Assembly (NCBI GenBank): GCA_031372065.1
Contig: JANMKN010000401.1
Location: forward strand, 1-20,550
Direction of reading: 5' to 3'
Length of the DNA stretch: 20,550 bases
Origin: Abditibacteriaceae bacterium
GTDB taxonomy: Bacteria > Armatimonadota > Abditibacteriia > Abditibacteriales > Abditibacteriaceae
In this document: positions 15,404 through 20,550 of the stretch, one piece after another
How the letters are laid out: every line of letters starts with the position of its first letter
Numbering within the stretch: the stretch's first letter is position 1
Notes under the pieces: generated by a model
The model's database searches: none
Told to the model about the DNA's origin: nothing
What the model saw: only the letters and a program-made list of their open reading frames with translations
Program-made: the position numbers and the translations under genes

Positions 15404-17370
15404 CCATCGCCACCATCTTTCCAACCAAAGATTTCATATACCACAACGGCTTCTTCTTTGCCTTTGACGTGTGTGGTTAAAGGCCCACGAGAACGCACAC
15501 TATTGCGCACGATTTCGTAAGTCGCAGCAGTCACTAAAATGCGGCTGTGCATATCTTTGTTGAGACTTTCCACGCGCGAGGCCAGATTCACAGTGTCGCC
15601 CAGCACCGAAAAATCCCGCCTTTCATTAGCACCCATGTTGCCAAAAATCAGTTCGCCGGTGTTGATGCCAATGCCGATGTCAATCAGCGGCAAACCTTCG
15701 GCGCGCCAGCGTTCTTGCAATTTCAGCAAAGCGTCTTGCATTCCAATGGCTGTCGCCATCGCTTTTTGCGCGTGGTCGTCGCTCACCAAAGGCACGCCGA
15801 ATAAAGCCATCACCGCATCGCCGATATATTTGTCCACGGCGCCATCATACTCAAAAACCACATCCGTCATGGCTTGCAGATATTCATTGAGGCGGGCCAA
15901 AACTTCTTCGGGCGTTAATTTTTCCGACATCGCGGTAAAGCCGCGAATATCGGAAAACAACACCGTCGCCGTGACGCGCGTGCCGCCCAAGGCGGCTTTT
16001 TCGGGATGAGCCAAAATGTAATTGGCGATCTGCGGGCTAACGTAGCGTTGCAACAAGGCACGGGCGTGATTGGCAGCGCGTTCGACGCTTAAATTTCGCT
16101 CGGTCACGACGGCTAATGTTGTCAGAAAAATCGCCGCTGAAGGTGCGACCATCGGCAGCAAAATTTCATGCTCGAAAAAAAACCAGAAATTGAAAAACCA
16201 GTAAAAAACAAACAAACACGCCGAGGCTAAAACCGCCCACGTCGCGCGCCAGTTGGCGGCCATCAGGCTCACAACAGCCGTGACAGCACATAAAATCAGA
16301 AAAATCATGCCGGGCGGCGAGGTTTTGATAAAGCTGCTTCGCAATACCGTGGCAATAGCGTGAGCATGAATTTCGACGCCCGCCATTTCTTTGAGCGGCG
16401 TTAAAGCGACATCATGGTCGAGCGAAGTGGTATCGCCAATTAAGACAATTTTATTGCGCAAAGAAACGCCCGCATCATTTAAATTCTGCTTGTAAAAATC
16501 CCATTTCATGAAACCGTCATACGCTCTTTCATAAGGCCATGAATTGAAGACTTCGCCCGCTTCAGCGCCGAGATATTTAATGGTGAAATTGTTTTTTTCG
16601 TCGGTGGGAATAAGCAAGTCGCCACAGCGCCAGCCCTGCGCGGTTTCGGTTAAAGGTTCTTTGTCCAAACCAAGATACATTTGTGCGGCGACCACACTAA
16701 AGGCTGTAATCGGCTTGTTTTTATATTTTCGGATAACAGGAAGGCGCGTCACCGCAGCTTGTTCGTCATCTTTGGGCGCGTAGATGTGACCCAAATGCGG
16801 GCTGGCTTGCAGTAAAACCGGGACGGGGCCGACTAAAGTGTTTTCGGCGCCATTTCCCGCGTTGCTTTCTTGAAATTGGCAAGCCCACAATACATTTCCA
16901 TGTTGGCGTGCGGCGGCGGCAAACTCTTTATCCAACGGGCGCGGGGCCGAAAACAGAAAGTCGAAGGCGATCACTTTGGCGCCGGCGGCGTTTAAATCAC
17001 GAATGATTTTGGCATGAAACGAACGCGGCACGGGCGTGCCTTGCGCCGGAAGTTTTAGAGGATTGGATGGGCTAAAAGCCTCATCGGAAAGCGCCAAAAT
17101 AACGATGTGTTCTTTGGCCCATTTTTCATAAGCGCCGGTCTGCTTGTCATACAAACTCATACGCAAATTCGTGGCGTAGACTTCTAAAAATCGAAACAAC
17201 TCCACCGAATTGAAAAACCAACACAACAAAACAATAAGAGCACCCAACAAAGAAACGCGCTTCAAGCGTTGCTGGCGCGATACTGGCTGCAACAATTCCA
17301 ACGTCGCCATGCCTGCCCGTTGTCGTAGTCGTGAGGTCGCCGATTTTTTACGGCCCAATCGAAATGTCAC
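15394..17370 (-). CDS. CHASE2-domain class III adenylyl cyclase
   Basis: N-terminal TM; CHASE2 motifs (IVILALSDEA, PRSFHAKII, GAKVIAFDFLF, KIVLIG, MAGVEIHA); three TMs; cyclase motifs LFSDIRGFT, DKYIGDA, GIGINTG, DFSVLGDTVNLASRVE and VKGK. GTG start with GAGGGA RBS; alternative ATG at 17310. Confidence 0.93.
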   Translation of the reverse strand: MTFRLGRKKSATSRLRQRAGMATLELLQPVSRQQRLKRVSLLGALIVLLCWFFNSVELFRFLEVYATNLRMSLYDKQTGAYEKWAKEHIVILALSDEAFSPSNPLKLPAQGTPVPRSFHAKIIRDLNAAGAKVIAFDFLFSAPRPLDKEFAAAARQHGNVLWACQFQESNAGNGAENTLVGPVPVLLQASPHLGHIYAPKDDEQAAVTRLPVIRKYKNKPITAFSVVAAQMYLGLDKEPLTETAQGWRCGDLLIPTDEKNNFTIKYLGAEAGEVFNSWPYERAYDGFMKWDFYKQNLNDAGVSLRNKIVLIGDTTSLDHDVALTPLKEMAGVEIHAHAIATVLRSSFIKTSPPGMIFLILCAVTAVVSLMAANWRATWAVLASACLFVFYWFFNFWFFFEHEILLPMVAPSAAIFLTTLAVVTERNLSVERAANHARALLQRYVSPQIANYILAHPEKAALGGTRVTATVLFSDIRGFTAMSEKLTPEEVLARLNEYLQAMTDVVFEYDGAVDKYIGDAVMALFGVPLVSDDHAQKAMATAIGMQDALLKLQERWRAEGLPLIDIGIGINTGELIFGNMGANERRDFSVLGDTVNLASRVESLNKDMHSRILVTAATYEIVRNSVRSRGPLTTHVKGKEEAVVVYEIFGWKDGGDGAV

Positions 17371-17453
17371 AGTTTGATTCCCTCGCGATTGCCGCAGTAA
17401 AAGCAGCCATCAAACTTGCAGTTTAATTGGTTTGAATGGGGAATTTTACGATG

Positions 17454-18494
17454 TCAAGCCGCCGCTTCGCGTTCGACGCGGCGTTTGGCCGACCAGCGTT
17501 TGACCAATTCATCCACCACAACGCCCGCTAAAATTACGGCGCCAATGATGGCGAACTCCATCTGCGTGGGAATATCGAGCAGCATTATCGAATTGCGCAA
17601 AACCTGCATAACCGCCGCGCCAATCAGCACTCCCATGATCGTTCCTTCGCCGCCGCGCAAGCTGCAACCGCCCAAAACTGCCGCCGCGATAGCATACAGT
17701 TCATAAAAGTTGCCGAAATCCGCAGGCTGCGCCGAGTTGACATCGAGAACGAATAAAATGCCGCCGAAACCGGCCAATAGCGAACAAATCACATAGGCTA
17801 AAATCGTTATCCTATCGGTATTGATGCCGCTGTAACGTGTCGCTTGCTCGTTGCGTCCCAAGGCTTTTAAATAACGCCCGAAAATTGTCAAATTGAGAAA
17901 AATCGCCGCCAAAACCGCGATAATGACCAAGAGAATCGCCGGAGCCGGAATCATAAAACCGGGAATAAGAGGAATTGCCACTTTGCCGGTTGCCAAAAGG
18001 CGCAGCGATTCATGACCGTTTTCAAAACCTTGTGTTTGATCGCCGGTTAAAGTGCGCGCCAAACCGCGATATAAGAGCAAGCCGCACAGCGTCACGATGA
18101 ACGGCTGAATTTTTAATTTGGTAATAAGCAAGCCGTGCGAGAGGCCGATAAAAACCGATAACGCCACTAAAAATAACAGCGAAGCTCCTACCGACCAGCC
18201 TTGCTTCATTAAAAGCCACGGCAACAAACAGCCAATCAAGGCCACAACCGAGCCGATAGAAAGATCAATGCCGCCCGCGATAATCACGAAGGCCGCGCCG
18301 ATGCTGATAATACCAAAAAGCGCGCTACGCCGGATTAAATTTTCGATATTGTTAGCCGTGGTAAAACTGTCGCTTTTCAGTGCCGTGAAAACGCAGGCAA
18401 AAATAAGCAAGCCCAAGATGCCCATAATTTTCATCGGCGGGCGCGTCAATTTTTCGCGTTTATAAGGCGCTGTTTCTATCGCTTGTGTCGTCAT
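17454..18494 (-). CDS. Sugar ABC transporter permease (RbsC-like)
   Basis: GGIDLSIGS, PFIVTL, GRYLKALGRNEQATRYSGI and YELYAIAAAVLGGCSLRGGEG. ATG 18494 is preferred over 18533, which lies inside a hairpin. Confidence 0.93.
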   Translation of the reverse strand: MTTQAIETAPYKREKLTRPPMKIMGILGLLIFACVFTALKSDSFTTANNIENLIRRSALFGIISIGAAFVIIAGGIDLSIGSVVALIGCLLPWLLMKQGWSVGASLLFLVALSVFIGLSHGLLITKLKIQPFIVTLCGLLLYRGLARTLTGDQTQGFENGHESLRLLATGKVAIPLIPGFMIPAPAILLVIIAVLAAIFLNLTIFGRYLKALGRNEQATRYSGINTDRITILAYVICSLLAGFGGILFVLDVNSAQPADFGNFYELYAIAAAVLGGCSLRGGEGTIMGVLIGAAVMQVLRNSIMLLDIPTQMEFAIIGAVILAGVVVDELVKRWSAKRRVEREAAA

Positions 18495-18519
18495 GTTCGA
18501 GGTTCCTGACCGTAAATGC

Positions 18520-18544
18520 AAAAAGGCACACATCGTGTGCCTTT
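18520..18544 (-). terminator. Terminator-like or stabilising hairpin between the ABC ATPase and permease genes
   Basis: Minus strand AAAGGCACAC-GAT-GTGTGCCTTT, a perfect 10-bp inverted repeat whose 3' arm runs into TTTTT. Confidence 0.55.
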
Positions 18545-18554
18545 AACTATTTCC

Positions 18555-20081
18555 CTACGTTTTATTGCCGCCCGTTGCTAATTGCATCACGTTTTCTTCG
18601 CTGAGTTCAGCGCGCGAAAGCTCACCAGCCAAATGGCCTTCTTGCATCACCAAAACGCGGTCGGCAATGCCCAAAACTTCGGCCATTTCGCTGGAAACAA
18701 AGAGAATCGCCGCGCCTTTGGCGGCCAAAGTTTCCATCAATTGATAAATCTCTTGCTTGGCGCCGATGTCCACGCCGCGTGTCGGTTCGTCCAACAAAAA
18801 AACGCGCGGCGACATTGCCAGCCATTTGCCCAAAACCACTTTTTGCTGATTGCCGCCCGATAATAATTGCACAGCTTGTCCATCGTGCGCGGCTTTGACA
18901 TTCAAACTTTTAATCGTGCTTTTTGAAATGGCGCGCTCATCGGAAAAATTCAAAAACCCACCGCGCTGCGTGCGCCGCAAATTAGGCAGGCCGACGTTTT
19001 CTCGAATCGCCATTTCGAGAACCAATCCTTGCCCTTTGCGGTCTTCCGGCACAAGGGCAAAACCGGCGCGAATCGCTTCTTGCGGGCTGCTTGATTTCGC
19101 AACTTTCCCATCAACCGAAACCGTTCCCGACAACGCCGGATGGACGCCAAAAAGCGCTTCGAGCAGTTCGGTTCGTCCGGCGCCGACAAGACCGGCAAGG
19201 CCGACGATTTCACCGGCGCGCACCGAAAAACTAACGCTGTGTTTGGGATGCGCGCTGGTGCGGAGATTTTCAACCTGCAAAACGGTTTCGCCCGGCGTGT
19301 TGTCGGCGCGCTGATAAAACTGCGAAAGGTCGCGGCCAATCATCAGTTTCACCATGCGGTCGTGGTCAATTTCGCCTTTTGCCAGTTCGCCCGCGTTTTG
19401 GCCATCGCGCAAAACCACTACGCGGTCAGCTAATTCATGCACTTCGGCCAAACGGTGCGAAATATAAATAACGCTGATGCCCTGCGCGCGTAATTCTTTT
19501 ACGATTTTGAACAAATGTTCGGTTTCATGCTGCGTCAGGCTCGAAGTCGGCTCGTCCATGATGAGAACGCGGGCATTAACCGACAACGCCTTGGCAATTT
19601 CCACCATTTGCTGCTGCCCGATGGATAATTCGGACACGATTTGATGCGGTGCGCCACCCAATCCGACGCGCGCCATTAAACCGCGCGCGTCGGATTGAAT
19701 GCGTTTTTTATCAATGAATCCAGCGCGGCGCGGTTCGCGGCCCAAAAAGATATTTGAGCCGACATCGAGATTATCAGCCAGATTTAATTCTTGATGAATC
19801 AAAGCGATGCCCGCGCCTATAGCCGCGCCCACCGAGGCAAATTCGACGGCTTTGCCATCCAGCAAAAGTTCGCCTTCGTCCGCGCATTGCACGCCCGCTA
19901 AAATTTTCATCAGCGTGCTTTTGCCCGCGCCGTTTTCGCCGATAACCGCCAGCACTTCGCCGCGCTGCAAAGAAAGGCTGACGCCCGAAAGCGCCTGCAC
20001 GCCGAGGAAGCGCTTGCTCAGATGGCGCGCTTCTAAAAGAGGGACGTTCGAGATTTCCGGCATCTTATTTCGCCCCGGCAT
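18555..20081 (-). CDS. Sugar ABC transporter ATP-binding protein (RbsA-like, two ABC domains)
   Basis: [43 protein letters not shown] and LDEPTRGVD. Two in-frame ATGs (20081 and 20063). Confidence 0.95.
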   Translation of the reverse strand: MPGRNKMPEISNVPLLEARHLSKRFLGVQALSGVSLSLQRGEVLAVIGENGAGKSTLMKILAGVQCADEGELLLDGKAVEFASVGAAIGAGIALIHQELNLADNLDVGSNIFLGREPRRAGFIDKKRIQSDARGLMARVGLGGAPHQIVSELSIGQQQMVEIAKALSVNARVLIMDEPTSSLTQHETEHLFKIVKELRAQGISVIYISHRLAEVHELADRVVVLRDGQNAGELAKGEIDHDRMVKLMIGRDLSQFYQRADNTPGETVLQVENLRTSAHPKHSVSFSVRAGEIVGLAGLVGAGRTELLEALFGVHPALSGTVSVDGKVAKSSSPQEAIRAGFALVPEDRKGQGLVLEMAIRENVGLPNLRRTQRGGFLNFSDERAISKSTIKSLNVKAAHDGQAVQLLSGGNQQKVVLGKWLAMSPRVFLLDEPTRGVDIGAKQEIYQLMETLAAKGAAILFVSSEMAEVLGIADRVLVMQEGHLAGELSRAELSEENVMQLATGGNKT

Positions 20082-20092
20082 CTTATTTCGCC
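20057..20092. repeat. Perfect 18-bp tandem duplication
   Basis: CCGGCATCTTATTTCGCC at 20057-20074 and 20075-20092. Confidence 0.95.
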
Positions 20093-20550
20093 GTAGTTTT
20101 GCCGGTTTTTTCTTTCAAATCGGCCCAGAATTTTTCTACGTCTGCTTTGCGAATCTGACGCGCGGGAATATCGAGAAAACCACCTTTGGGCAAAGCCGAT
20201 TCGTCTTTTTTAGCGAGTGCCGTGAGAATGCGCACCGACTCGAAGCCATACATATATGGGTTTTGCACCACGGTGCCATAACACGCGCCGTCTTTGATGG
20301 CTTGCAGTGTTTCGTCGGCTTCGTCAAAGGCAATCAGCTTGATTTTGTTGATTTTTCCGGCGTTTTTCAGCGCTTCCAAACAAAGCGGAGGATTGTAAGC
20401 AAAAAGGCCAATCATGCCCGCCAAATCGGGATGGCGCGATAGCATATCTTCGGCGTTGGCTTTGCCTTTAGCGTGGTCAAATTGATCGGTATAAGTGCCA
20501 ACGACCGTATATTTATTGTTTTTAATGACACTGCCAGGCACATCATAGCG
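20083..20550 (-). CDS. Sugar ABC transporter substrate-binding protein, 5'-partial
   Basis: Frame is open to the window edge (RYDVPGSV...). Periplasmic binding protein type I motifs [15 protein letters not shown] and [11 protein letters not shown]. Lies directly upstream of the ATPase and permease genes. Confidence 0.9.
   Translation of the reverse strand, partial: RYDVPGSVIKNNKYTVVGTYTDQFDHAKGKANAEDMLSRHPDLAGMIGLFAYNPPLCLEALKNAGKINKIKLIAFDEADETLQAIKDGACYGTVVQNPYMYGFESVRILTALAKKDESALPKGGFLDIPARQIRKADVEKFWADLKEKTGKTTAK

Noticed and set aside
15278..17453. CRP-type TGTGA-N6-TCACA sites in the spacers around the cyclase gene
   Set aside because: Only a half site (TGTGA overlapping the cyclase start) and weak partial matches were seen.
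17443..17457. Minus-strand TTGACA and TAAAAT as a sigma70 promoter for the cyclase
   Set aside because: The hexamers are only 3 nt apart, and no -10 lies about 17 nt from the TTGACA.
1..20550. CRISPR array, rRNA, transposase or integrase
   Set aside because: No regularly spaced repeats with unique spacers and no diagnostic motifs; nearly all sequence is explained by the listed CDSs.

Overview
Bacterial chromosomal window, roughly 50-55% GC by eye, from a diderm organism (it encodes an outer-membrane barrel). Gene style is loosely reminiscent of Abditibacteriota/Armatimonadota, but that is only an impression. From left to right: (1) an AT-rich ABC-ATPase/Toprim-like (OLD-type) gene on the minus strand that the ORF track missed and that runs off the left edge; (2) a minus-strand MFS-uxaC pair; (3) a divergent plus-strand cluster encoding an SGNH esterase, a PhyH-like dioxygenase with an atypical HxH motif, a Zn-dependent sugar/polyol dehydrogenase and a GH18 chitinase-like enzyme; (4) a minus-strand CE4 deacetylase lipoprotein; (5) a three-gene minus-strand module encoding a CHASE2 class III adenylyl cyclase, a FecR-TPR-beta-barrel outer-membrane protein and a secreted Ig/IPT/3x Calx-beta protein, which is a candidate trans-envelope cAMP signalling system; (6) an Rbs-type sugar ABC transporter cut by the right edge. 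Several intergenic regions carry structured repeats, including an attC-like hairpin, a two-register palindrome and a perfect 18-bp duplication of a stop/start junction. No rRNA, tRNA, CRISPR array, transposase or integrase was recognised.
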